DNA of 64,000 nt, taken from assembly GCA_964016885.1 (NCBI GenBank), contig OZ024746.1, positions 12,214,001-12,278,000 of the forward strand, given 5' to 3'. Shown here in pieces: positions 1 through 12,373 of this stretch. The notes under the pieces are model-generated. The model had not been told where the DNA came from, made no database searches, and saw only the letters and a list, made by a program, of their open reading frames with translations. The position numbers and the translations under genes are program-made. Each line of letters starts with the position of its first letter. Positions within the stretch are counted from its first letter, which is position 1. The stretch comes from Eledone cirrhosa (taxonomy: Eukaryota).

Positions 1-243
1 ACTGCATAAAGTGTGTGACGTGAACAATCTGGTGGGTTTATTTTGTGGCTTATCAATGTATGAAGTGAGTTTCTTTGCTGTAAGTGTGTGACTGGTACTT
101 TATTTCCTAAGGATGAAAGGCAAAGCTAAGATCGGCGTCATTTGAACTCAGAATGTAAAGGGACGTAACTATATGCTGAAAAGCATTGTGTCCAACGCTC
201 TATCAATACTGCGAATAATAATAATAATAATAATTTCTTCCAT

Positions 244-583
244 GAAGGCACATGGCTTAGTGGTTAGAGCATCGGCCTTGCAATCGAAAGGTTGTGAGTT
301 CAATTCTCAGACTGGGTGATGTGTTGTTTCCTTGAGCAAGACACTTTATTTCACATTGCTCCAGTTTACTCAGCTGTAGAAATGAGATGAAAGGACTGAG
401 GTCCCTATCATTCCACTGCAAAGTGGTCGTGGAGGTGCCACGGCAAAAAAGCACCCAGCACTCACTGTAAATGAGGTTGGTGTTAGGAAGGGCATCCGGC
501 TGTAGAAATCAAGCCAGAATCAGTTCCCGTCCCACCCTTGCAAGCAGGGAAAAGCGGACGTAAAATGATGATGATGATGATGA
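244..583 (+). mobile_element. SINE family A: tRNA head, CORE-like domain, RTE-type tail ending (ATG)n
   Basis: A box TGGCTTAGTGG, B box GAGTTCAATTC; CCTTGAGCAAGACACTT...CAGTTTACTCAGCTGTAGAAATG resembles the CORE domain; near-identical copies elsewhere in the window. Confidence 0.88.
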
Positions 584-3514
584 ACACAAGGTTAAGAAAT
601 TGTATGAAGACATTAGTCGATGTACTGTCACTTTATCTTACCAAGCAAGGATGAAAGGAAAATCAACTTCAGCAGTATTTTAACTAGTAAACCTAGAATT
701 TGAATTGAAAACATAGAAACATGTGACTCAGAAAAGGAAGATTTATAATAATTATGCTTCTAATTTTTAGTACAAGGTCATTTATTTTTGTGGAAGGAGT
801 GTTGTTAATTTAACAACCCCAATATTACTAGATAATGATAGTCATAATTGTTTCTACTTTAGGCACAAGGCCAGTAATTTGAAGGGGAGGGGAAAGTCAA
901 TTAAATCAACCCCCAGTGAATTACTGGTACTTTATTTTATTGACCCTGTAAAGATGAAAGGCAAAGTTAACCTTGGCGGGATTGATGAAAGATAAGGTCA
1001 GCCCTGATAAACTTTGAATTCAAATTTAAATACCAATAGCTCCATACAATCACATTCTCCTTACTCCAGTCTGTGTGAAACTGTAGGGCTGAACCATCCC
1101 TCTCATACTGGACCTGCTGCACTCACTTATTCTTTCAGTGAAACCCTGGAGGTGAAAATCTTTGGCTATTAATGCATTCAAGTATTTCTGTTTATGTTAG
1201 CAGTTATACAATAAAAAGGGTGTTAATTTTTTTATGGAGAAGAGATGGCACCATAATGCCAGATACTTGTTGTTCTTTGCACCTATTAAATATAAGTAAG
1301 AGTTAGGTTGATATTGTAACACTTTGGACTGACGAATACTTAAATCACATAAAAATGGGTTTGGTCGTTTTTGGTGTAGAAATATTTGTAGTCTTTCTCT
1401 TGAAAGTATTAGACAAACTGTGTTTTATTTCAGGTTTCAGAATTGAATTATGTCTCAAGTGTTATTGTATACTGGCTTTTAAAGTGAGGTGGATTGACAT
1501 TGTTAGAGCATCACATAGAATGTCACTGTGGTATTTGTTTTGACTCTTTTCATTTTGAGTTCAAATCCTGCCAAGGGCAACTATGCCTTATATCTTTCCA
1601 GGGTTGATAAAATAAAATACGAGTCAAGTACTGGGGTTGATTTAAACAACTTTGCCCTTCCTCCCAAATTTGCTGGCCCTGTATCTAACTTAGAAATCAG
1701 TAATTATAGTGGGTTCAAATTATATCTGAGAGCTGTTAAAAAATTGGTAAAACCTGCAGATAAGTAAACATGCAATCAAACATATGCATGCACTAATCCA
1801 CACATACAAGTACGCATACATGCACACATACATACATGTCCATGTATGTATTACATATGAATGAACATTTACTATAATTAAACAAAAGCAAATAGCTGAA
1901 CACGCGCGCACACACACAGACACTATTTCAAACAACAACAACAAATTTTTATGTCCATTTTTCCCTCCTAAAGCAGGGGTTAACCTTGCATGCCCCATGA
2001 CAGGTTTCATAATCATCATGGTATCCCTTTTAAAGCAATGTTTTACAGCTAGATGCCCTTCCTGGCACCAAGCCTTTTAGTCATCTTTTATGGCATACAC
2101 AGTCCTGGTGGACCTATTCTAAACCAGATACACCCCAGAATACACTCCCTATTTCTAAAGCACGAATATATTCAGACACAGGTATGCATATAGAACCAAA
2201 GCATACGGTAAAATTAACTATATCCATACAAATATATATTGGCATATTTCCTCTAAACCGATGTCATCACATACATCCACACTTACCTGCACAAGATCTG
2301 GCCTTGCAATACTCAACTAAATGTGCCATGTAGAGCTGTGAGATATAGCTACACAGGAAGTATGGAGCCTGAATTCTTTTTTTTTGTTATAACAGCCTAG
2401 CAGATGTTTTAGATTAAGGGACAGCCTCTGTGTGATGAGTGGGGCAGAGAATTGAAGAAGACCACCATCAGCAACACGCCATTCAGATGATTATAGCTGA
2501 CTGATTCAACACTCTGACCCTTTCAAGCTGGTATTAATATCCTGGAAATAATCTTGTTCTGCCTGTTAAACCCATCAAATTAATGATCCAAGTTGAATCC
2601 AATGAGGTCTTTATGGGGTTTCCTTACAATATTTTATTCCCATTTTCTTCCTTACTTGCTGCTAAAATCTTACTTAACCCCTTTTTTGTTCTTTTTTTAT
2701 TAATGTTTGTAGCATCTTCCTAAACAGTGAAGGAACTTTATCAAACTATTTAAAGAGAATTCTGTGTGTGTAGCATGTGTGTGTTTTTCTCTGTGTGTAT
2801 GATAGTGTTTATATATATGTGTGTGTGTGGTGAAGGCATGTGGTAAGAGAATTGGATTTGCAATTGTGAGATTGTGAGTTCAATTCCTGGACCAGGCAAT
2901 GCGTTATGTCCTTGAGCAAGATACTTTATTTCACGTTGCTCCTTCTACCTGGAGCTGCGACCGATAGATAGTATTAGCAATTGGAAAGACCACGGAAACA
3001 TTGTTTCCTCAGTCCGATTTGACAAAAAGTCGATCGACTGTCGATATATATGTGTGAGTGTGTGTGTGTAAATATTATATCATCATCCCCATTTAACATC
3101 TATTTTTCCATGCTTGCATGGGTTCCTATGTCATGAGACAAATATGGCCAGCTGGCCATGCCATATCTTGCTCAGATGGAACTGTATTTTGGCTGTGATT
3201 TTTAAAGCTGGATGCCCTTTCTAACACCAACCGCCTTTACAGTATGTGTGTGTTGGAATTACCAACATCCAGTTATTCCTTATCTCCACTGGAGGTTTTT
3301 AACTAACCAGGATTTGATACCAAACTGAAATCACTCAGTTCCCTACCAACTGTCCCCTACTTATCATCTTGTAATTTTTAACGTGAATCTTCTGCTTATT
3401 TTGTTTACCTTGTCATCAATTTTGAATTAATTTCTGCTATGTTACTATACACCCCATACAGAAGAAAGTTGTTTTTGAAAAACATCCTGTGTGTGTATTG
3501 TGTTAATTTCTGCT

Positions 3515-3710
3515 AAAACTAGTTGTTTCTATAAACTAGTTGTTTATATAAACTAGTTGTTTATATAAACTAGTTGTTTATATAAACTAGTTGTTTATAT
3601 AAACTAGTTGTTTATATAAACTAGTTGTTTAAATAAACTAGTTGTTTATATAAACTAGTTGTTTAAATAAACTAGTTGTTTATATAAACTAGTTTTTTAA
3701 ATAAACTACT
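3515..3710. repeat. 19-bp minisatellite (ATAAACTAGTTGTTTATAT), about 10 copies
   Basis: seen directly. Confidence 0.92.
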
Positions 3711-4889
3711 TCGCAAAAACCTTTTATAGGCAAAATGTAAATAAACATGTAAAATCAAACATAAGTGTGATAGCGTAACAAAGAGTGAACACACAGGACT
3801 GTTATCCATATAGCGGGTCTAAAAACATCTGACTGATAAAATGACAAGTTAGTCAATCATATTGGTGGCCTTCCCGCAGCCTCGGCGGACAGAATGGAGA
3901 AGGCGTTTCCTCAGAGGACGGCAAAGGAGACGTGCTGGAAAAGCCATTCCAGCTCACGAGGCTCACACCTGCAGCTGGCCAGATCAGCGCCTATGGTGTT
4001 GTATGACTGGGATATTGTATTGGCAGCTGTTACATCCCTTAAATGTTGTTTTTGTTGGTTGTCGAGGGTTTCTTAATCATCTCATACACATCTATAATCT
4101 TAAAGTAACCTATCAAAAATTTATGGACAGGCATAGTCTTTATTTATGAAGCAGGATGTACACTCTCATTTTGTTGATTAGCCCCATGTCAGCTCTAATT
4201 GATTAATCTCTCATTAATTAATAAGAATGCAGTGTATTTCATTAGAAATATGGTAATAAAAGAGTTAATTACTGAAGTGATGTAGAAATTTTAAAAGAAT
4301 AACCAAATTTCTTCAACATTTTCCAGGGTTAAATTACAATGGTTGTCTGGTTTTGAGTAATTATGTTATATATGGCAAATATATATAGCTTGATGGAAGA
4401 TAGACTTAGATTTAATTAAACAAATCCAGTGGAATAAGGCAGAACAAAATAAAAATAACAAAAACCTGATGTCAAGCTCTGGCCATTGACCTTTTTAAGA
4501 GGTTCTAAACATTAGTCATAGAGCAACATTGTGTGACAGTGTATCTTAATTAGAAGGCCGCAAATTGGTAGAGTCGTTAGAATATCAGACAGAATACTTT
4601 GTGGCATTCATTCCAGCTCTTTGTGTTCTGAGTTCAAATCCTGCCAAAGTCAACTTTGCCTTTCATCCTTCTGAGGTCAAGGAAAAAGTTACAGTCCAGT
4701 ACTGGGGTTGATTCTTCCCCTGGATTACCCCTCTCTCTTTCTCTCTGGGTCTTCTTCTCCTCCTTCTCCATTCAGGTGTGGCACCAGAAATGACTGCACA
4801 TGCAGGAGTGGGGATAATCACAAGCCCCTTGCTGTCAGAATGTGTTATGGACTGGATCCCATTAGGAGAGAAGATTTGCCTCTTGAAGC

Positions 4890-5130
4890 TTAGGCTGAAA
4901 GATAGGTCTCTGTGGGTGGTGTAAGTTTATGCACCAAACAAGGAGTCCACTATAAGTCCTTCCTTGATAAAGTCACTGTAGTGTTAGATGTAGTTAAGAC
5001 TGAGTCATATATTCTGATGGAAGACTTCAATGCACATGTTGGCACTGATCATCTGGTATGGAAAGGAGTGATTGGAAGGAATGGCAAAGCCTTATTAAAC
5101 TTCAATTCTAGCAATGGACTCTATTATGAA
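4890..5130 (+). mobile_element. RTE LINE AP-endonuclease fragment
   Basis: VYAPN (shifted frame) and ILMEDFNAHVGTD...WKGVIGRNG (GDFNA motif). Confidence 0.8.
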
Positions 5131-5306
5131 CATCTGGAAACTAACCTAAAATTAAAAAATTTAAACCAGTATAAAAACACATGAACCCTTGAGTATTCAT
5201 GGTCAGTAACCAGAGCAATTGTTTTTGTTACATAACTGACCTCAAAATAGAAGATCACTGAAACTAGATTCCTTGAACTTTGTTTCTATTGTTTTTATTT
5301 TTTCAG

Positions 5307-5367
5307 GCAGTACATTGACAAAGAGGACAACAAAGATAAACGGATGCATTGTACCTACAATATTCTA
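5307..5367 (+). CDS. DOCK3/4: DOCK-B exon (R)QYIDKEDNKDKRMHCTYNIL, just before DHR-2
   Basis: ttttttcag| acceptor and |gtaagt donor; phase 2 to 0; resembles DOCK 'E.K.KRMSCTVNLL', which precedes NFYK. Confidence 0.88.
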
Positions 5368-6203
5368 GTAAGTGTTTTTATTTTTAATTAAAGTGTTGTT
5401 GCTGGTCGTGGTCGGAGTGTTAAACTGTTATTAGACATTTCAAGCGGTGTTCATAATTTCTTAAGCTGTTCGGTAACTAACAGTTTTATTACTGGTATGA
5501 AATATTGTGTGTGTACACGTGTGTACAGATAAATTTGAGCAAACTATACCATCACTATCTCAGTGATATATGTCTGAAGAACACTCTTTGGTATGTAGAA
5601 TCCTTAGCACAAGCCACCTCATGATCCCAGCAGACAGAATGGAGAAAGAGTTACCTTAGAGGATAGCAATCGAGACATGTTGAAATAGCCATTCCAATTC
5701 ATGGGACTTAGTGGGTGGTCAACACTGTCCTGATAGCAGTGAGTAGGGAGTTGGTTTACAGACCAAGTTGCCAGTTGAAATTCCATGAGTTTTTGTAGAA
5801 TCATTTACATTTGGAGCATAAACTATCTTTCTTTCATATGGTTCCATATAGGGATTTTGGATGGTGGGTAGGTTGGTGGGTGGGTAGGTTGGGGCTGGGT
5901 AAAAGCACTACTTGTACATTTTATTTATCTGCTTTGTTTAGAAATCCTATGTTAAAAATAAAAGATTTGATTTCAAACTTAACTCAATGACACACACATA
6001 CATGCCCACCCCTCCACGTGCCCCCCGCCCCACATGCCCCCACCCTACCCCCACATGCCCCATCCAACACACACACACACATGTAGCCCTCCACACATGC
6101 ACACACAGAACTGTATATGTGTTAAGAAGTAAAGCACCAGAAGATGATCTGAAACTATATTAATAAAGATATAGTGTTGGTAGGAACACAAAAGATAAGC
6201 TTC

Positions 6204-6571
6204 ATTAATAACTTATTCTAGAAAGAGTTTCACCTAAAAAATAGATTAATAACTTATTCTAGAAAGAGTTTCATCTAAAAAATAGATTAATAACTTATTC
6301 TAGAATGAGTTTCATCTAATAAATAGATTAAGAACTTATTCTAGAAAGAGTTTCATCTAAAAAATAGATTAATAACTTATTCTAGAATGAGTTTCATCTA
6401 ATAAATAGATTAAGAACTTATTCTAGAAAGAGTTTCATCTAAAAAATAGATTAATAACTTATTCTAGAATGAGTTTCATCTAATAAATAGATTAAGAACT
6501 TATTCTAGAAAGAGTTTCATCTAAAAAATAGATTAAGAACTTATTCTAGAAAGAGTTTCACCTAAAAAATA
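6204..6571. repeat. 41-bp minisatellite, about 9 copies
   Basis: unit atagattaataacttattctagaaagagtttcatctaaaaa, with alternating variants. Confidence 0.93.
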
Positions 6572-6678
6572 GCAATGTGTGGTGAATGTGCGTGAAGAAT
6601 TTATTTTATTATTGAATTATGCTTTGTTTGGTATTGGTTTAATGTTTTTATTGGTCATTTTTTGTTTTCTTCTTTTAG

Positions 6679-6921
6679 AATTTTTATAAAACTGAGATAA
6701 ACCATGAAGAAATGTATATCCGATATATCCACAAGTTATATGAACTTCATCTGAATACTGACAGCTTTGTGGAGGCTGGCCTCACACTTCAGCTCTACTC
6801 TCAGCTGTTAGATTGGAGGGACAGAAATTTACCTGCTGAGATGAATTACCACTCTGAGCTTGAGTGGGAGCGCAAAGAGAAGCTCTACTTGGAGATCATA
6901 GATTGTTTTGATAAGGGAAAG
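6679..6921 (+). CDS. DOCK3/4: DOCK-B exon NFYKTEINHEEMYIRYIHKL...IIDCFDKGK (DHR-2 lobe A)
   Basis: tcttttag| and |gtaata; 81 codons; strong DOCK3/4 similarity. Confidence 0.96.
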
Positions 6922-7049
6922 GTAATAACTTCACTCAGTTTCTCCCCCTTTCTCACATTTTTTGTGGGGTGGCACAAAATATAACCTTCTTTTTCTTTTT
7001 TTTTCTTTTTCTTTTTCTTTTTCTTTTTCTTTTTCTTTTTCTTTTTCTT

Positions 7050-7350
7050 TTTCTTTTTCCTCTTCTTGAGAGGGTTATGGGAGCAGAGACCTCAAACACT
7101 CCCTTCAGCAGATCCTGTCAGAAGCAACTGTCTCCAACTGATCCAGCTGGATCCCCAAGCTCGAGACCAGTCAAGCTCATGGATGTAATCCAACCAACTT
7201 GCTCAGGGTCTACCAGTTGGTTTTTACCTGTAAAATCTGTCCAGCGATTCTTTCCTGAGACATTCTAACCACATGCCCATAGTATCGGAGCTGTGATCTC
7301 ACAATTTGGAGAAGTAGTGGCTTTACCTGGAGTGACCCCTCGCGGGTTTG
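7050..7350 (-). mobile_element. RTE LINE 3' fragment; related copies at 21960-22170(-), 29470-29675(-), 32490-32870(-), 61095-61390(+)
   Basis: LLLQI.RSQLRYYGHVVRMSQERIAGQILQAKPTGRRPRGRP, the typical RTE C-terminus, with a (GAA)n-type tail. Confidence 0.82.
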
Positions 7351-7509
7351 ACAAAGCACCAGATTGGTGACTGGTGCGAATAAGACCACTAAAATTGCAA
7401 CTGCAATATGGTGAAAAAAATAAAAAAGAACCATACCGCATTGTCTTTTGTATCGGTAAATTCTTCCTTATTTTCAAAATAAAATGAAATATTTTATAAC
7501 AACAAGAGT

Positions 7510-8251
7510 TACCATTTAAACTGGCTGTATCTGGCCAGAATTCTCTCACCTTTTTCTTTTGAAACCAGCAGTAACTGGCTGCTCATACTGATGTTAAGGT
7601 ATTGTTCTCAAAATAAATAACATCAAAATCTCATAGATTAGATATTATATGAAATAATTATGTAAGATAAAGCCTTTACTGCAAATATCTATATACATAA
7701 ATGGCAATTTCTGTCTGTTTGTTTGTGAACCTAAAACTCAAAAAATACCAAACCGATCTTGATGAAACTTGACACGTGCGTGGGGCTCATGCCCATTTGA
7801 TTTCTTACGTATATTTCATTTTAATCAAAGGGTTCCCCAGGGGTTCCAAACCCCGCTTAATTTTTTCCCTTCGATTTATATGAAATTTAAACCATATGTA
7901 AATGACAAGATATGATGCCTATTCACAAAATTTCAGCAAATTTCAATAATATTAAGACACCCTAATGGTGTTTCTATTTTTTTCCTTATAGTAACACTCA
8001 ACTTCTCTGACAAACATTTTTTCGCCTGACCAATGTAATCAACAATATTTGTTTGTATTATTGTTTCATAAATGAATTTGTCTTCACTTTTGATTATCTG
8101 TCCTATATTTTGATTTCATTTTTGGTCTGAGAGGCATTGGGCATTTTAATGGGAAATGGGAATACTCCCGCTCCCGGGTATTACCGGGTACCTCAGCTAG
8201 TACAATAATATATATATAGAGTAAATTGTAATGTAAATACTGAAGGGTTAA
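7510..8251. mobile_element. piggyBac-type TTAA MITE interrupted by the Helitron
   Basis: both halves align with the intact copy at 61437-61643; right end ...AAGGG-TTAA. Confidence 0.78.
7688..8200 (+). mobile_element. Non-autonomous Helitron (513 bp)
   Basis: starts TC and ends CTAG, inserted between A and T with no TSD; hairpin CCCGG-gtatta-CCGGG at 8173-8188; (CTGT/TTGT) run near the 5' end; splits a MITE. Confidence 0.85.
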
Positions 8252-8689
8252 AGGTGATTTGACTGCTATGTTTTTAGCAGTTTGAACAAGTAAAAAACCT
8301 CATTGGTAGTGGTAATGGCAGTATAAGCAAGGCTGACCAGATTCACTGCTAGACCAGCACTCCACTCCACTCCACTCCACTCCACTTCTCTTCTCTCTGT
8401 TGATCAATGTTTCAATAAATCGCTTCATATTCATTAATCATGGCTACTAAATATTAGTCATGTGTTGAATCAGCATATCTATTTCCTCCTCTTCCTCCTC
8501 CCTCACACACCTCCACCTCTTCCTCTTCCCCTGACACATCTCCACCTCTTCCTCTTCCCCTGACACATCTCCACCTCTTCCTCTTCTCCTGACACACCCT
8601 ACCTCCTCTTCTTACACAGTCTTCCACTGTCTGTCTGTGAGTGTGCATGTGTTTGTATATGAGTATGTCCGTGTGTACGTATGTGTGTG

Positions 8690-9010
8690 CATATGTACAT
8701 ATTTGCAGATATATGTGTGTACATGTGTACAGATATATGTGTGTACATGTGTACATATATATGTGTGTACATGTGTACAGATATATGTGTGTACATGTAT
8801 ACGTGTGTACATGTGTACAGATATATGTGTGTACATGTGTACATGTGTACATATATATGTGTGTACATGTGTACATATATATGTGTGTACATGTGTACAG
8901 ATATATGTGTGTACATGTGTACAGATATATGTGTGTACATGTGTACAGATATATGTGTGTACATGTGTACAGATATATGTGTGTACATGTGTACAGATAT
9001 ATGTGTGTGT
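8690..9010. repeat. 24-bp minisatellite (ATATATGTGTGTACATGTGTACAG)
   Basis: seen directly. Confidence 0.92.
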
Positions 9011-10055
9011 GCCAATACTATATATTTTGTATCATAATATTTTGCACCACCACCACCACCACCACATCTTTTCTTCTGCTGCCCCATTTCACCTCATAAC
9101 TCCCTGCCATCCCTGACCTGGTGTAAGGCAGCTGGACTACCTGCCAGTGGGGGAGATGGGAAGATTATATATAATATGATAGGGCAGTGAATTGTCAAAA
9201 TCAGTTGAGGTCAGACAACATACTTCATGACACAGAGTTACGGCCCTTTATATTCTGAGTTCAAATCCAGCCGAGGTTAACTTTGCCTTTCATCCTTATA
9301 GGCTCTATAAAATGAAGTACCAGTAATACACTGGAGTCGATTTAATTGACTTTCCCTTTCCCTAAAAATTGTTGGCCTTGTGCCTAAATCAGAAAACATT
9401 ATATATAATCATCATCATGCTAGCATGGGTTGGATGGGAGTTGCGGGGGGGGGGGGGCAATGTTTTACAGCTGGATGTCCTTCCTGACATTAGTGAGAGT
9501 AATGACAAGAGTTGTATGCTTGCTTCATAGACCTTGAAAAGGCATATAACCACAATCCATAGAACCCCCTATAGAAGGTTCTGCAGGAATATCGGATCAA
9601 TGGACAGCTTGTTGTCCTGATGTCTCTATGTGAATGCCCAAGTATCTGTGATGGATAAATGGTGCTAAATGAAAACCCTTCAATATGGGAACCAGACTCC
9701 ACCAACAATGCATACAGTCACCTCTCCAGTTCATAATCTTCATGAACTGGATTGACATGCACAGCGTGGTTGGAGGTGGTATCTTCACTGGTGTGTGGTA
9801 ACATCAGCTGGCTGGTATTTGCCTGACGACATGGTATTACTTAACTTGTCAGAAGGTGATCCCGACTTGCACTTGATAGGTTTGATGCTGAGTGCTGCAC
9901 AACTAGAATTTCTGACTGCTGAAAACTACACAAATACAAATATAATTTAAAAAAAAAACTATTTTCTTAGAAAGTTGAGGATGGTCATTGAAAACGCATT
10001 CTTATTCACCTTTGTCTTATTTTGTATTATATATAATTAGAAGTCAAGAAATTTT

Positions 10056-11627
10056 ATAGCGTTCAACTTCTGTCAGCTTTGGTCAAGAAAGGGACATCTA
10101 TGACTTCTCTTCTAATACTGTTAGCTCAACTTCTGTCAGCTTTGGTCAAGAAAGAGACATCTATGACTTCTCTTCTAATACTGTTAGCTCAACTTCTGTC
10201 AGCTTTGGTCAAGAAAGGGACATCTATGACTTCTCTTCTAATACTGTTAGCTCAACTTCTGTCAGGTTTGGTCAAGAAAGAGACATCTATGACTTCTCTT
10301 CTAATACTGTTAGCTCAACTTCTGTCAGCTTTGGTCAAGAAAGGGACATCTATGACTTCTCTTCTAATACTGTTAGCTCAACTTCTGTCAGCTTTGGTCA
10401 AGAAAGAGACATCTATGACTTCTCTTCTAATACTGTTAGCTCAACTTCTGTCAGCTTTGGTCAAGAAAGAGACATCTATGACTTCTCTTCTAATACTGTT
10501 AGCTCAACTTCTGTCAGCTTTGGTCAAGAAAGGGACATCTATGACTTCTCTTCTAATACTGTTAGCTCAACTTCTGTCAGCTTTGGTCAAGAAAGAGACA
10601 TCTATGACTTCTCTTCTAATACTGTTAGCTCAACTTCTGTCAGCTTTGGTCAAGAAAGGGACATCTATGACTTCTCTTCTAATACTGTTAGCTCAACTTC
10701 TGTCAGCTTTGGTCAAGAAAGAGACATCTATGACTTCTCTTCTAATACTGTTAGCTCAACTTCTGTCAGCTTTGGTCAAGAAACAGACATCTATGACTTC
10801 TCTTCTAATACTGTTAGCTCAACTTCTGTCAGCTTTGGTCAAGAAAGGGACATCTATGACTTCTCTTCTAATACTGTTAGCTCAACTTCTGTCAGCTTTG
10901 GTCAAGAAAGAGACATCTATGACTTCTCTTCTAATACTGTTAGCTCAACTTCTGTCAGCTTTGGTCAAGAAAGGGACATCTATGACTTCTCTTCTAATAC
11001 TGTTAGCTCAACTTCTGTCAGCTTTGGTCAAGAAAGAGACATCTATGACTTCTCTTCTAATACTGTTAGCTCAACTTCTGTCAGCTTTGGTCAAGAAAGG
11101 GACATCTATGACTTCTCTTCTAATACTGTTAGCTCAACTTCTGTCAGCTTTGGTCAAGAAAGAGACATCTATGACTTCTCTTCTAATACTGTTAGCTCAA
11201 CTTCTGTCAGCTTTGGTCAAGAAAGAGACATCTATGACTTCTCTTCTAATACTGTTAGCTCAACTTCTGTCAGCTTTGGTCAAGAAAGGGACATCTATGA
11301 CTTCTCTTCTAATACTGTTAGCTCAACTTCTGTCAGCTTTGGTCAAGAAAGAGACATCTATGACTTCTCTTCTAATACTGTTAGCTCAACTTCTGTCAGC
11401 TTTGGTCAAGAAAGAGACATCTATGACTTCTCTTCTAATACTGTTAGCTCAACTTCTGTCAGCTTTGGTCAAGAAAGAGACATCTATGACTTCTCTTCTA
11501 ATACTGTTAGCTCAACTTCTGTCAGCTTTGGTCAAGAAAGGGACATCTATGACTTCTCTTCTAATACTGTTAGCTCAACTTCTGTCAGCTTTGGTCAAGA
11601 AAGGGACATCTATGACTTCTCTTCTAA
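10056..11627. repeat. 63-bp minisatellite, about 25 near-identical copies
   Basis: units vary almost only at aaag(g/a)gac; ends 36 bp before exon 11664. Confidence 0.97.
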
Positions 11628-11663
11628 GTCATTAAGAGTTCTATTTTTTCTTTTCTATTTTAG

Positions 11664-11753
11664 GCTTGGGAATATGGAATTCCTCTTTGTAAAGAACTTG
11701 CAGCCCACTATGAAATTAAACTATATGATTACAGGAAACTCAGTGAGATTTTG
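11664..11753 (+). CDS. DOCK3/4: DOCK-B exon AWEYGIPLCKELAAHYEIKLYDYRKLSEIL
   Basis: ctattttag| and |gtgagt; 30 codons, phase 0-0. Confidence 0.96.
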
Positions 11754-12373
11754 GTGAGTACATCTTATAAGTTTTTTTTGTTGTCCTTTATGAGTGCTAA
11801 CACTTTAGTTTAAATGTATTGTTCTTTTATATACAATTAATAAGTAATGCACAGCAAAAATTCTACAGTGCCAAACTAAATGCTTTAAAGTATTTAGGTT
11901 TGTCTAGTTATAATTTAGTTATGATTTAGTGGTAACCACGAGAAAAATTATTCTTTGATCAATTTTCTTTTACTCTAACAACAAATATAAAAAATGGTTC
12001 ATGAATGAATATATAAAAAATAACCTGTTTAAGAAACAAGCAGTATACAATAATAAAAGTATATTTAAAAAATTGAATAATAAACAGAAGAATAAGAAAA
12101 AAAGAGAAACAGGGGATAGATAAAAATAAAGTGGGGAAAGGAAGAGACAAACTCTATACTCTTGGTTGGGTGGTACATCTCAGGTGTGTCCTGCAGATAT
12201 GATGGTGAAACATTGCTACAGAGAACAACCAGCCCGCCACTTGATTTGACTGAGGAAAACAGCGGTCTGGAGACTGAGGCGGTCGCGAGCAGCCTCAGCA
12301 TAAAAAGTGAACAGTCAAATAAACATATCTTTCATTCCTCTATGCTACAGGCAATGGTGGCTAAGTTTGTGGC

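Noticed and set aside
244-320. tRNA gene (also at other SINE-A heads)
   Set aside because: A and B boxes are present but the acceptor and anticodon stems do not pair, and the head runs into SINE body in every copy.
1-5306. Further upstream DOCK exon (expected ...RLLDYR)
   Set aside because: No matching peptide with splice sites found; it probably lies upstream of the window.
10079-11635. 518-aa ORF as a real membrane or repeat protein gene
   Set aside because: It is a stop-free frame of an intronic 63-bp minisatellite with near-zero divergence between units and no unique coding sequence.
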